Source: an uncultured delta proteobacterium
Lineage (GTDB): Bacteria > Desulfobacterota > Binatia > UTPRO1
NCBI GenBank assembly: GCA_963774015.1
Contig: CAVZDH010000011.1
Coordinates: forward strand, 96,573-160,572
Direction of reading: 5' to 3'
DNA: 64,000 nucleotides
This document shows positions 28,476-38,158 of the stretch, piece after piece. Position numbers and translations under genes: made by a program. The stretch's first letter is position 1, and the number at the start of each line of letters is the position of its first letter. The notes under the pieces were generated by a model, which ran no database searches, was not told the DNA's origin, and was given only the letters and a program-made list of their open reading frames with translations.

Positions 28476-30080
28476 TCAGCTCGCGCGGGCCACGCGTCGC
28501 GGCCCCTCGGCGAGCACGCACGGCACCTCGACCCGGAAGCGCGAGCCCGCACCCGGGACGCTCGACACCGAGACGCGCCCGCCGAGCGCCTCCGCCAACT
28601 GTTTGACGATGCTGAGCCCGAGCCCGACGCCGGCGTGCTGGCGCAGGTGCGAGCCGCCCACCTGCCGGAAGGGCTCGAAGATGTCGACGATCTCGTCCGC
28701 GGCGATGCCACGGCCCGTATCGCTCACCTCGATCACGACCGAGTCCGGTTGCTCGCCCCGCCGCGCCGTCACGGCAACCGCACCTGCATCCGTGAACTTG
28801 ATGGCGTTGTCCACGAGGTTCCGAACGATCTCCTGAAGCTTCACGCGATCGGTCTCGAGATCGGGAAGCTCCGGTGCGGCGTCGACCGTGAGCGCAACGC
28901 CCGCGCGGAGGTGCGAGTCCGCGAGCACTCGGATCTCCTCGAGCAGCGGACCGAGCCGGAAGCGCTCGACGTGAAACGAGATGCGTCCCGAGCTGAGACG
29001 CGAGAAGTCGAGGATGTTCGTGATGAGCCCGAGCTGCAGCTTCGAGTAGCGCGCGATCGCGTCCAACAGCTCCACCTGCGACCCGGTGAGCGGACCTGCC
29101 GCGCCGTCGGCGAGCATTTCCACGTAGCCGAGAATGACGTTGAGAGGCGTTCGCAGCTCGTGGGAGACGGTCGCCATGAACTCCGACTTCAATCGACTGG
29201 CCTCCTCGAGGCGCCGATTGAGGGCCTCGAGGTGCTGCGTGCGCGCCACGACCTTTTCTTCCAGCGAATGGCTGTACGCCTCGAGCGCCGCGCGGCCTCG
29301 CGCCACGCTGTCGGCCATCGCGTTGAACGAGAGCGCGACGGCGCCGATCTCGTCCTGCGTCGACGTCGTCACTCGTACTCCCATGTTGCCCGAGGCGAGA
29401 TCGTCGGCGGCGGCGGCGAGCGCCTGCAACGGCCGCGTCACCGCCTTCGCGATCAGGATCGCGAGACCGATCGCGATCATGGTCACGAGCGCGGTCAGCA
29501 TGGTCGCCGCCACGAGCGTCTGACGACGCAGCTCGGTCAGCGGCTCGAGCGACATGCCGACCGCGACGGTCCCGATGCGCCGGCCGCCTTGGTCGTCGCC
29601 GCTCGGCGCGACGTCGCCGTCGAGGAGCTGAATCTCCTCGCGCTGCGGCCGCGTATCGGCCATGCGTACGGCGGTTTGGAACTCCCAGAGCCCCTGGTTC
29701 GGAATCGGGTCGGGATGCTCCTCGACGACGGCGGGGACGGTCGCGGGCATCCGCCCGGCCGCGACCAACGATACGCCGTTCTCGTCGAGAACTCGGCAGT
29801 ACACGACGTCGACGCGATTCAACAGCCGGCGCGCGAGCTCCTGCAATCCGGCGCGGTCGCGGCTCGAGAGCGCGAGCTCCGCGTCGCGGGCGAGCGTCTC
29901 GGTCAGCATCCTCCCCTGCGCCGCGAGGAAGCGACCGACCTGCTGGAGGTCGCGATGCACGAGCATCGCGCTCTGTGCAACGCACGTCACGACGATGAGA
30001 AGCGACGTGGTCACGGCGACTCGCGTCGCGAAGCTCGCGCGCCCCACCACACGGCGCCAACGGTCGACGATCGGCGTCAT
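28476..30080 (-). CDS. sensor histidine kinase: TM - periplasmic domain - TM - HAMP - HisKA - HATPase_c
   Basis: ATG at 30080 (MTPIVDRW). HAMP AVTRPLQALAAAADDLASGN, H-box VSHELRTPLNVILGYVEML, DTGRGIA and GVGLGLSIV. Confidence 0.92.
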   Translation of the reverse strand: MTPIVDRWRRVVGRASFATRVAVTTSLLIVVTCVAQSAMLVHRDLQQVGRFLAAQGRMLTETLARDAELALSSRDRAGLQELARRLLNRVDVVYCRVLDENGVSLVAAGRMPATVPAVVEEHPDPIPNQGLWEFQTAVRMADTRPQREEIQLLDGDVAPSGDDQGGRRIGTVAVGMSLEPLTELRRQTLVAATMLTALVTMIAIGLAILIAKAVTRPLQALAAAADDLASGNMGVRVTTSTQDEIGAVALSFNAMADSVARGRAALEAYSHSLEEKVVARTQHLEALNRRLEEASRLKSEFMATVSHELRTPLNVILGYVEMLADGAAGPLTGSQVELLDAIARYSKLQLGLITNILDFSRLSSGRISFHVERFRLGPLLEEIRVLADSHLRAGVALTVDAAPELPDLETDRVKLQEIVRNLVDNAIKFTDAGAVAVTARRGEQPDSVVIEVSDTGRGIAADEIVDIFEPFRQVGGSHLRQHAGVGLGLSIVKQLAEALGGRVSVSSVPGAGSRFRVEVPCVLAEGPRRVARAS

Positions 30081-31039
30081 GGCAAGGTCAGGGCAGCATC
30101 GCGGGCGACGTCGGCCGGGATCGTGATGCCGAGGAGCTCGGCGGTCCGCTGGTTGACCGCGAGGTCGGACCGGCGCGGCCCGGTGACGGGGATGGTCTCG
30201 GCCCGCTCGCCGCGCAGCACCCGCTGCACGAGCTCGCCGGTCTGCGCTCCGACGTCGCGATAGTCGCAATAGCGCGCCGCGAGCGCGCCGCTTCGCACGT
30301 GCGCGGTCGAGAGCCCGATCAGTGGTACACGGCGACGGAGCGCCGCGAGGATGAGCGTCGGCGTGGTCTGCGGCGTGAACACGTGGCCGTCGGCGACCGC
30401 CCAGACCGCGTCGACCCCCTCCATCAACGTGGCGAACGCCGCAACCGCGTCACCGGCGTCGTCCACCTCGCGCGCGACCAACGTCAGCCCATGCGACGCG
30501 GCGGCGCCGACGGCCGCCGACACGATCGCGCCGGTCTCGGCGGGATTGAAGAGGACGCCGACCTTCTTGGCGTTCGGCAGCAGCCGATGCAGCGACGCGA
30601 ACTGCTCGTCGAGCGGCAGATCCAACGAAACGCCGGTCACCGCGTGCTTGGGCGTGCTCTGAAAGCCGCTCGCCTTCGGATACAGCACCATCGAGAACAC
30701 GATCGGGGTCGGCGACTCGCCGGCGAGCGCCGCCGACGTCGCGAGCGAGCCGACGGTCACGATCACCCGCGGCGCCGCCGCGTAGAGGGTTTGCAGCACG
30801 GCCGCTGCGTTCGCGGCGTCGCCTTCGAGGTCGAAGGTGAGAATCTCGGGTTGCGGCACCGCTCCCCGAAGCGACGCGATCAGCGCCTCCGTGGCGAGCT
30901 CGAAGGGCGCGAGCGTGCTGCTCTTCAGGATCGCGACCGTCGGCGCGCTCGTGACGGCGGGAACGGCGCGCGCCGGGCAGAGCAAGGCGGCGACGAGCAC
31001 CCCGATCGCGAGCCACGTCCGGCGGCGCTCAGAACGCAT
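30077..31039 (-). CDS. periplasmic ABC-type substrate-binding-like protein (PF04392-like)
   Basis: Signal peptide. VAILKSS..., TGVSLDLPLDEQ and NQRTAELLGITIP match the ABC_sub_bind pattern from memory. The stop shares ATGA with the kinase start. Confidence 0.75.
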   Translation of the reverse strand: MRSERRRTWLAIGVLVAALLCPARAVPAVTSAPTVAILKSSTLAPFELATEALIASLRGAVPQPEILTFDLEGDAANAAAVLQTLYAAAPRVIVTVGSLATSAALAGESPTPIVFSMVLYPKASGFQSTPKHAVTGVSLDLPLDEQFASLHRLLPNAKKVGVLFNPAETGAIVSAAVGAAASHGLTLVAREVDDAGDAVAAFATLMEGVDAVWAVADGHVFTPQTTPTLILAALRRRVPLIGLSTAHVRSGALAARYCDYRDVGAQTGELVQRVLRGERAETIPVTGPRRSDLAVNQRTAELLGITIPADVARDAALTLP

Positions 31040-33038
31040 AGCGCACCTGGACTCGGAAGGTGAAGCCGTTCTGGGGAATCCGATCCATGACGTGCTCGGC
31101 GCCGGCGGGATCGGGATAGGTGCGATCGAGGATGTTGTAGAGACCGAGCGAGCCGCCGAGACCTGGGATCGGCGAGGTGTACTCGAAATCGAGGTTCAGA
31201 ATCGGAGCCGTCTCGAGTCGCCGTCCGTCGCGCGTGTCGCGGGGACCAACGACCTCGAGCTCGGCGCCCCCTTCGAGCCCCCACAACAACGGGAACAGCA
31301 GCGTCAGATCGCCGAGATGCTGCGGTGAGTTGCTGAGCCGTCCGTCCTTGGTCTCGGCGCGTTGCAGGCAATAGCTGCTCTTGAGGGCGGCGCCGCGCGG
31401 CAACGGCACCCGCAGCTCGAGCTCGCCGCCGCGGGCTCGGATCGCCGGGCCGTTGACGAACTCCGTGGCCTGATCGGGTCCGCTGCCCGCGACGGGCGCG
31501 GACTCGATCTGGTCGTTCATGTCGTAGTGGTAGAGGGCGAAGGTGGCTTGCGCACCGCCCCAGAGCCGCTGCTCGAGCACGCCCTCGTACGTCGTGATCC
31601 GCTCCGGACCGAGGTTCGGGTTGACGACGGTCGCGGTGCCCGACCCCGGGTACGCGTAGTATTGCTCGTAGAGGTTCGGCGGCCGAAACGCGCGGCCGTA
31701 GAGCATCTTCACCGTCGTCGCCGGGCTGAGCGTCCAGATCACCGCGGCGCGCGGCGTCACCTGTTGGTCGCGATCGTAGTAGCGATCGAAGCGGACGCCG
31801 GCGACGAGCGTCACGTAGTCGGTGGCGCGGAGCTCGTCCTGGGCGTAGAGGCCCCACGAGCCGAACTCGCGGCGATCCTCGAGGTAGGTGACGTGGCCCG
31901 GACGATCGAAGTTCTCTTGGTGCGCACCGGGGTGGTACGCGTACTCCGCACCGACCGTCACCGCGTTCCGCTCCCACGCCTCCCAGCGCAGCTGTCCTTC
32001 GCCGCCGAACCAATCGCTCCAGGCACGATCCTCGTTCTTGATGCGCGCGCCGTCGTCACCGGCGTAGATGTACGTGCCGTGGTAGCGATAGCCGTCGTAA
32101 TAGGCGCGCGCCGACGCCTTCAGCGCGGGCGTGATCGCGGTCTCGTACGAGAGGTCGGCGAAGCGACGACCGTCGCTCGTCTGCGTACCGTCGTCGTTGA
32201 AGACGGTTCCGAACGCCCCCGTCGGAATGTGCTTGTCGCGTTGATTGATGCCGCCTTCGAGCTTGAGGCCGCGCCAGCGTGCCTTGAGGAAGAAGTCGAG
32301 CGCACGCTCGCCGTCGGCGTGCTCGGCGACGCCGTTATTGGTGCTCGGGTCGTCGAACGCCGGGTAGAAGAGCTCGTCCTGGCCGTCGAGGTCGACGACG
32401 GAGCCGCTGGCGAACAGCGACAGACCGTCCTCGGTGACGTGCCCGAAGCTCAGCTGCGCGCGCTTCCGCCAGAAGCTGCCGGTCTCGAGGAGCGCCTGCA
32501 CGCCGGGCTTGCTCGCACCGTCGAACGTGACGACGTTCACCACGGCGAAGATCGCGTTCCCGCCGTACAGCGCGGAGCCGGGCCCGCGGATCACCTCGAT
32601 CCGCTCGATCGCCTCCATGTCGATCCCGAAGTCGAAGCCGATCGCTGCAGTCTGGTAGATGTCGTCGTTGTACGTGTGGCCGTCGACGAGCAGCAAAATG
32701 CGATCGTTGTAATCTGAAGGCTGCGAAAAGCCGCGGACGCCGAGGTAGTCGTAGTTGCGGTCGCCGGTCACGTAGAAGCCGCGGACGCCCCGGAGCGCCT
32801 CGCCGAGCGTCCGGTACCCGAGCCGACGGATCTCTTCGCTCGTGATGACGGTGACGGCCGACGGAGCTTCGCGCTGCGGCTGCGGATGCTTGGTCGCGGC
32901 GCTGACGTCCTGCTCTTCGAAGAGCAGGAGCTCGCGCTGCGCCGGCTCCGCCGCGGCAGCCGATGCGCACGGCAAGAGGCCGAACACGTGACACAGCAAC
33001 ACGGCAGCGCCGAGTCGGCGAGCGATCCGCATGCGCAT
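31029..33038 (-). CDS. TonB-dependent outer-membrane receptor
   Basis: Signal peptide, plug (VTVITSEEIRRLGYRTLGEALRGVRGFYV), long beta-barrel and terminal FRVQVRYAF. The start could be 33056 (TTG), 33038 or 33032 (ATG). Confidence 0.92.
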   Translation of the reverse strand: MRMRIARRLGAAVLLCHVFGLLPCASAAAAEPAQRELLLFEEQDVSAATKHPQPQREAPSAVTVITSEEIRRLGYRTLGEALRGVRGFYVTGDRNYDYLGVRGFSQPSDYNDRILLLVDGHTYNDDIYQTAAIGFDFGIDMEAIERIEVIRGPGSALYGGNAIFAVVNVVTFDGASKPGVQALLETGSFWRKRAQLSFGHVTEDGLSLFASGSVVDLDGQDELFYPAFDDPSTNNGVAEHADGERALDFFLKARWRGLKLEGGINQRDKHIPTGAFGTVFNDDGTQTSDGRRFADLSYETAITPALKASARAYYDGYRYHGTYIYAGDDGARIKNEDRAWSDWFGGEGQLRWEAWERNAVTVGAEYAYHPGAHQENFDRPGHVTYLEDRREFGSWGLYAQDELRATDYVTLVAGVRFDRYYDRDQQVTPRAAVIWTLSPATTVKMLYGRAFRPPNLYEQYYAYPGSGTATVVNPNLGPERITTYEGVLEQRLWGGAQATFALYHYDMNDQIESAPVAGSGPDQATEFVNGPAIRARGGELELRVPLPRGAALKSSYCLQRAETKDGRLSNSPQHLGDLTLLFPLLWGLEGGAELEVVGPRDTRDGRRLETAPILNLDFEYTSPIPGLGGSLGLYNILDRTYPDPAGAEHVMDRIPQNGFTFRVQVRYAF

Positions 33039-33175
33039 CGCAGCTGTGCCGAGCAAGCGCCATGCCGTATGGCTCGGAGCCCGCGTCCTGCAAGCGCGTG
33101 AAAAGCGGGCGGTCGATGCCGGCGACGGCGACCGAAAACCCCTCGGGCGCTAGGAAAATGACGGACGCATCGACG

Positions 33176-34339
33176 TTACGGTCGCGGGCTCACGCTCGTC
33201 ACCGGACCCGTGAGCGTTCCGAGGAACGCCGCAAGATCGGCGAGCTGATCGTCGTGAAGGTCGCCGTGCGCCAGCTCTTTCATGCCGTGCGACTGGTCGC
33301 GGTAGAACCGCAACACGTCCGCGAGCGTCGCGAACTGTCCGGCGTTCATGTACGGCGCACGCACGGCGACGTTGCGGAGCGTCGGTGTCTTGAAGGCACG
33401 GAGCGTGTCGCGCGTGTCGGTGTCCATGAAGCGGAGCGCGGTGCATTGGTCGGGCGTGGCGTCGCTGAACGCGCCGAGACAGTTGAGCTCGTCGGCACGG
33501 ACGAGCGCGATGGCGGCGCTCCGACCGGCATCGGGCATCGCTTGCGGCACGCGCGTGAAGTGGAACTCGCCGTTCGTGAAGAGGGGACCAGCGTGGCAGT
33601 TGGTGCAGTGGGCGGCCCCGATGAACAGCCGGAGGCCGCGCAGCTCCGCGGGCATGAGCGCGGCCGTCGCATCGGGAGGCGTCTCGCCGAGCACGCCGGC
33701 GGCCCAGCGATCGAAGCGCGCCGGGCCCGGCACGATCGTCCGCACGAACGCCGCGATCGCCTTCGCGACGTTGACCAACACCCGCGTCGTCGCGGCCTCG
33801 CTCCGCGGCTCGCCCGGAAGCGGACCGAAGATCGCCGCGTAGTCGTCACGGTAGTGGCGCCCGACGAGCCGCGCCACGTCGGCACGCGCGAGACCGAGCT
33901 CGAGCGGGCTCTCGATCGGCGCGGCCGCTTGCGCCCACAGCGAATCCTTCCGTCCGTCCCAGAAGAACCAGGTGTTGTAGGCGACCCCGAGAAGCGGCAT
34001 CGACCGCCGCGGTAAGGGCCCGAGGCCTTCGGCGCGTGCCTTTCCGTCCTGGAAGCTCGACGCGGCGGGATGGCACGTCGCGCAGGCGAGCGCGCCGTTT
34101 CGACTGAAGCGGGTATCGAAGAAAATTCGCGCGCCCAGCGCGGCGGCGCGCGGATCGGTGTCGTAGGCGTTCGAGGGATCGTCCGGGAGCGGGCCGAGGC
34201 TGCCGATCCAGAGCGAACGCAACACGCGGAGCTCCACGGGTGACCAGGCCGGAGCGGCGTCGGCACCGGCGAGCGTCGGCGCGAGCACGAGCAGCACGGC
34301 CGCGAGCCAGGCGGCCGAACGACGGAGCGTGCGCCTCAC
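33176..34339 (-). CDS. di-haem cytochrome c peroxidase family protein (CCP/MauG/MbnH-like)
   Basis: Two haem c motifs, CATCH and CTNCH. GTG at 34339 yields signal peptide VRRTLRRSAAWLAAVLLVLAPTLAGA and overlaps the upstream TGA as GTGA. Confidence 0.88.
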   Translation of the reverse strand: MRRTLRRSAAWLAAVLLVLAPTLAGADAAPAWSPVELRVLRSLWIGSLGPLPDDPSNAYDTDPRAAALGARIFFDTRFSRNGALACATCHPAASSFQDGKARAEGLGPLPRRSMPLLGVAYNTWFFWDGRKDSLWAQAAAPIESPLELGLARADVARLVGRHYRDDYAAIFGPLPGEPRSEAATTRVLVNVAKAIAAFVRTIVPGPARFDRWAAGVLGETPPDATAALMPAELRGLRLFIGAAHCTNCHAGPLFTNGEFHFTRVPQAMPDAGRSAAIALVRADELNCLGAFSDATPDQCTALRFMDTDTRDTLRAFKTPTLRNVAVRAPYMNAGQFATLADVLRFYRDQSHGMKELAHGDLHDDQLADLAAFLGTLTGPVTSVSPRP

Positions 34340-34782
34340 GGGAGATCGAGCGCGAAGCTCACGGAATCGATGCCGGGCTTTGCGCTGATGCGAAAGGCGA
34401 CGATCCATGCTCCCGGCATGTGGAACTTGAGACCTTCCACGAGGTACCGCCCATCGCCGAGTGCACGCACGGTGGGCGTGGTCGGGAGACCGTGCGCATG
34501 GGCCGGCATGCCGCCGAGCACGGTGAGCCGCGCATCATCGACCGGTCGTCCGTCGGCATCGACGACCGTCACCGTCCAGCTGTGCACGGCGAGCATCGGC
34601 ACCGGCTCGAGCGACGACGCGTAGGTCACCCGATAGAGCTTCTTTTCGCTCCAGGCGCTGGTCGCGCCGGGAATGGGCGTCGCGCGCACCGGGGTCGGCG
34701 ACGACACCGGTCCGCCGCGGGCGTCGCCGACGAGGAGCACGAGCCCGAGGAGCATCACGATCCCGCGTGCAGCGATCGCCAC
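34336..34782 (-). CDS. small secreted YtkA/FixH-like (Ig-fold) protein with His/Met motifs
   Basis: Signal-anchor N-terminus. GGMPAHAHGLPT and KFHMPGAW motifs; 148 aa. The family call is tentative. Confidence 0.6.
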   Translation of the reverse strand: MAIAARGIVMLLGLVLLVGDARGGPVSSPTPVRATPIPGATSAWSEKKLYRVTYASSLEPVPMLAVHSWTVTVVDADGRPVDDARLTVLGGMPAHAHGLPTTPTVRALGDGRYLVEGLKFHMPGAWIVAFRISAKPGIDSVSFALDLP

Positions 34783-34815
34783 CGATCCTGCATAGCCCGC
34801 CCCGTCGGCGCGCGC

Positions 34816-34825
34816 ATCCTAGGAT
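34816..34825. promoter_or_regulatory. 10-bp perfect palindrome ATCCTAGGAT upstream of the YtkA-like gene
   Basis: Read directly. AT-rich relative to its surroundings, about 35 nt upstream of the 34782 start. Confidence 0.2.
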
Positions 34826-34902
34826 CGCCGCCGTCTCCTCGCGAGCGGCGCACAGCTCATGTTGTTCCGCTTCCCCGCGCCCGAGTGAAGGCGACGCATG
34901 GC

Positions 34903-35871
34903 TTACCAACGCTCGACGGGCTCCGCGCGCCCGCTCGCGATCGAGCGGTAGCATGCTTCGGCGATCGCCACCGACTTGGCACCGTCGGCGAGCGTGATGC
35001 ACGGCGGCCGTCGGTCGATCATCGCCGCGGCGAACTCCGCGAGCGTCGCGGCGACCGTCATCACGGGCGCGCCGACGGCGAGCGGGGTTCGCGCGGTGCC
35101 GACGAGACGGGCCGCGATGCCGTGCACGTGGTCGCCGACGAGCTGACCGTCCCGACCCACGAGCTCGATCGCGCCGCACCGTCCGGCCGTCGCACGTGAG
35201 CCCGCGACCTGCGCGAGGATACCGCCGTCGAGCTCGATGATCGCGGCGAAATTGTCCTCGGTATCCGCGGTCGTCACTTGGCCGGCCGCCGCGCGCACCC
35301 GGAAGGCCTCGCGTCTCGTCAGGAAGCGCAGGGCATCGAAGCTGTGGACGCCGGTGTGGAGCACGATACCGCCGCCCGCCTCGACGCGCCGGTCGAGCCA
35401 CGGCAGCGTCGAGGGCTCGAAGCGTTGGCTCAGCACCGCCGCGTGGATCGGCCCGATCGCCGGCAGCGCGTCGCGGAGCGCGCCCACGACGGCGTTGAAG
35501 CGCAGGGTGTGCGCGACCATCGCGGTGACGCCCGCGCTCGCGACCGCCTCGGCGATGGCGCGACAGTCCGGGACCGTCGGCGCGAGCGGCTTCTCGATCA
35601 GCAGCGCCTTCTTCGCCCGCGCGACCGCCGTGGCGAGCCGGACGATTCGGGGTCGGCGGGACCACCAGCACGACGGCCTCGACGGCCGGGTCGGCGATCA
35701 GCGCCTCGGCGTCGTCGTGGAAGCGGCACCGAAGGCGCGGGCCTGCTCGGCACCGGCGGCACGGTCGCGACGCGCGAGCGCCACGAGGCGGAGGCTCGGA
35801 ACGTCCGCGACGTGGGCGAGATAGCGCGCGCCGTGCTTGCCGGTTCCGATGATCCCGAGTCCGATCGCCAC
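34903..35871 (-). pseudogene. Gfo/Idh/MocA family oxidoreductase disrupted by a -1/+1 frameshift pair (as assembled)
   Basis: GTG at 35871 with a GGGAGGG SD, and Rossmann IGLGIIGTGKHG. The segment FHDDAEALIADPAVEAVVLVVPP reads only in a different frame (about 35655-35720). Upstream and downstream parts (ALLIEKPLAPT..., MVAHTLRFN...) share one frame, which has a TGA at 35698-35700. Confidence 0.7.
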
Positions 35872-36016
35872 GCACGCCCTCCCGACGAGGCCCACCGCCG
35901 GCAAAACGACCCGGCGACCGGCAGTTTATTGCCGCCTCGCCCGGCCCGACGTAGCGAAAACCCCTCGATTTGCCTACCGCGAGCCATGGCATCGGTCATG
36001 CAGCTTCGCGGCGCCT

Positions 36017-36295
36017 ATGCTGGACGCACGCGAAAAGCCCCAAGCCACCCTCCTCCGCAAGGCCCGCGTCCGCGCCGGTGACTACGGCGCCTGGCGCGTC
36101 GCTCCCGAGCACAACGGAACGGAGATCTGGATCGTCGCCGAGCCGCCGCGGCGCCGCCGCTTTCGGAACCCCCGGGGACAAGTGGCCGAGGGTCTGGTCT
36201 ACCGCCGGCTCGACGGTCTGGTCGCGCGCGCCGAGTATCTGGAGCTGATGCCGGAGTATTGCCTGGTCGACCCCGAAGCCGCCGGGCACGCGTGA
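36017..36295 (+). CDS. small hypothetical protein (92 aa)
   Basis: ATG at 36017 within track ORF 35837..36295. High GC3, non-repetitive sequence, no homology recognised. Confidence 0.35.
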   Translation: MLDAREKPQATLLRKARVRAGDYGAWRVAPEHNGTEIWIVAEPPRRRRFRNPRGQVAEGLVYRRLDGLVARAEYLELMPEYCLVDPEAAGHA

Positions 36296-36336
36296 GCCGA
36301 GCGCCGCTCCGTGTCTGCTCGCCTATCGAGCGCCGC

Positions 36337-36956
36337 TCATTCGCGGGGGCTGGGTAGCCCCGTCCTGAACGCGTAGCGGGTGAGCTCGACACGGTCTCGC
36401 ACGTCGAGCTTCTGAAAGATGTTGTTGATGTGGGTCTTCACGGTCGCCTCGCTGATCTGACAGCGCTCGGCGATCTCGGCGTTGCGCATACCGAGGGCGA
36501 CGCAGCGGACGACCTCGCTCTCGCGCGCGGTGAGCTTCACCGCCGGAGCGCTGCGGAGCTGCGCCGCGAGCTCCGTCTGGAGCGTCGCGGGCATCCATAC
36601 GAGACCCTCCTGGACGGAGCGAATCGCCTCCATCAGCGTCTCCACGGCGAAGCGCTTCTGGACGATCGCGCGCGCGCCGAGTCGGATGGCGGCGAGACCG
36701 TCCTCGATCCTCTCGCTCGCGGTGAGCACGATGACGCGCGTCACGCCGGCGAGGTTCTCGATGTCGTTCACCATCCAGCGCTCCATCTGGAGATCGAGGA
36801 GCAGGAGATCGCACGGCGTGACGGCGAGCGTGCTCAGGAGGTCGTCGCGCGCTCGACCTCGGCCACGACCTCGAAGTCGGGCTGCTGACGCAGGAGGGAG
36901 CGCAGCCCTTGACGGAAGAGCGCGTGGTCATCCGCGAGGACGATGCGAGTCGCCAT
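36337..36956 (-). pseudogene. NarL/LuxR-type response regulator with a 1-nt frame break (as assembled)
   Basis: REC start [22 protein letters not shown] (ATG 36956) stops at 36834. The remainder ([25 protein letters not shown] ... LuxR HTH LTARESEVVRCVALGMRNAEIAERCQISEATVKTHINNIF) is in another frame. The junction lies in a CGCGCG run at 36846-36852. Confidence 0.8.
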
Positions 36957-38139
36957 GTCCCTCACTCGCCGCCAACGGCAGCTCGATCTCGAGATGCGCA
37001 CCGGGCTCACCGGCGGCGGCGATCGCCAGATGGCCGCCGCACTCCGCGACCCGCGACGCGATCGACCACGGCGGCGTCGCCTCGCGCTCGAAACCGACGC
37101 CGTCGTCTCGGATGGTGATGCGAACGGTGTTCACGTCCTCGGCGACGTCGAGCATCGCCGCGGCCGCACGCGCGTGTCGGCGCGTGTTGCGCAGCCCCTC
37201 GAGCACGATTTGCAAGACCTGCTCGAGCACCGAGCTCTTCGCGGTGACGACCGCACGGAGGTGACACGTCGGATCGGCGCTCCGGCTCGCGTCGTGCGCC
37301 GGAGCCTCGGCCACCTCGGCGAGCGAGCGGATGTATGCCCGCACGTCGTCGAACTCGCGCGCCACGCCGGACTGGAGCTCGACGACTTCCTGCAACGCCT
37401 CGGCGGCGCGGTCGCTGCGCAACAGCTGGCGACACGTCTCGAGCCGGAGATTGATGCCGGCGAGCCCCTGCGCGTAGCCGTCGTGGAGGAAGCGCGCGAT
37501 GCTCTGGCGCTCGGCGACGGTCTCGAGCTCGCGGATGCGCTCCTCGAACAGCACGCGCTGGTGGCCGAGGAACCCGACCAGATAGCCCGTGATGGCGAGA
37601 CACGCCGGACGCATCACGTAGAGGTGCCAATCCCCCGGCGTCAGGAGCGCGATCAGCACGAGGTAGATCGCCGTACACGTCGCGGTGCTGATCGCGGTCG
37701 CCGCGAAGTTCCGGCGACACCCCACCGCAACGATCACGAACGCGAAGAACACGAACGAGGGCGTAGTCGGTCCTTCGGTAAAGAGCGTGATGACGACCGC
37801 GAACAGAACGTCGAGCACCGTCGAGAGGGCCGGGAGACGGTCGAGACCGAGATCGCGGCGGCAGGCGAGATAGATGCCGATCGCATACGCGAGATGCACG
37901 CACAGGATCTGAAACAGTCGCGGGTCGATCGCGAACGGCCCCGACGAGACGTGAATCCACGCGGCGAGATGCGGAATGGTGGGATCGACGAAGACCGAGG
38001 CGAGCGTGACGACCGAAAGCACGATCCGGCCACGCGCGATGTTCGACTCGAGATCGATGACCGCGTGGGATCTCACGGCATCCGCGACTAGACGATCGTC
38101 GGCACGCGCGCAACCGACGTTGCACGCGTGCCGACGCAC
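36928..38139 (-). CDS. histidine kinase, HisKA_3 type, with polytopic membrane sensor region
   Basis: Five to six TM helices without a large loop. H-box [14 protein letters not shown] and HATPase_c (IRDDGVGF). GTG at 38139 is 19 nt after the Amt stop. Confidence 0.85.
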   Translation of the reverse strand: MRRHACNVGCARADDRLVADAVRSHAVIDLESNIARGRIVLSVVTLASVFVDPTIPHLAAWIHVSSGPFAIDPRLFQILCVHLAYAIGIYLACRRDLGLDRLPALSTVLDVLFAVVITLFTEGPTTPSFVFFAFVIVAVGCRRNFAATAISTATCTAIYLVLIALLTPGDWHLYVMRPACLAITGYLVGFLGHQRVLFEERIRELETVAERQSIARFLHDGYAQGLAGINLRLETCRQLLRSDRAAEALQEVVELQSGVAREFDDVRAYIRSLAEVAEAPAHDASRSADPTCHLRAVVTAKSSVLEQVLQIVLEGLRNTRRHARAAAAMLDVAEDVNTVRITIRDDGVGFEREATPPWSIASRVAECGGHLAIAAAGEPGAHLEIELPLAASEGHGDSHRPRG

Positions 38140-38158
38140 GAAACGGGAGCGACGACGC

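Noticed and set aside
36928-36956. The 29-nt overlap between the kinase 3' end and the regulator start as a further frameshift
   Set aside because: The kinase HATPase domain is complete before the overlap, and I cannot show that a better stop exists in another frame. It is left as a natural overlap.
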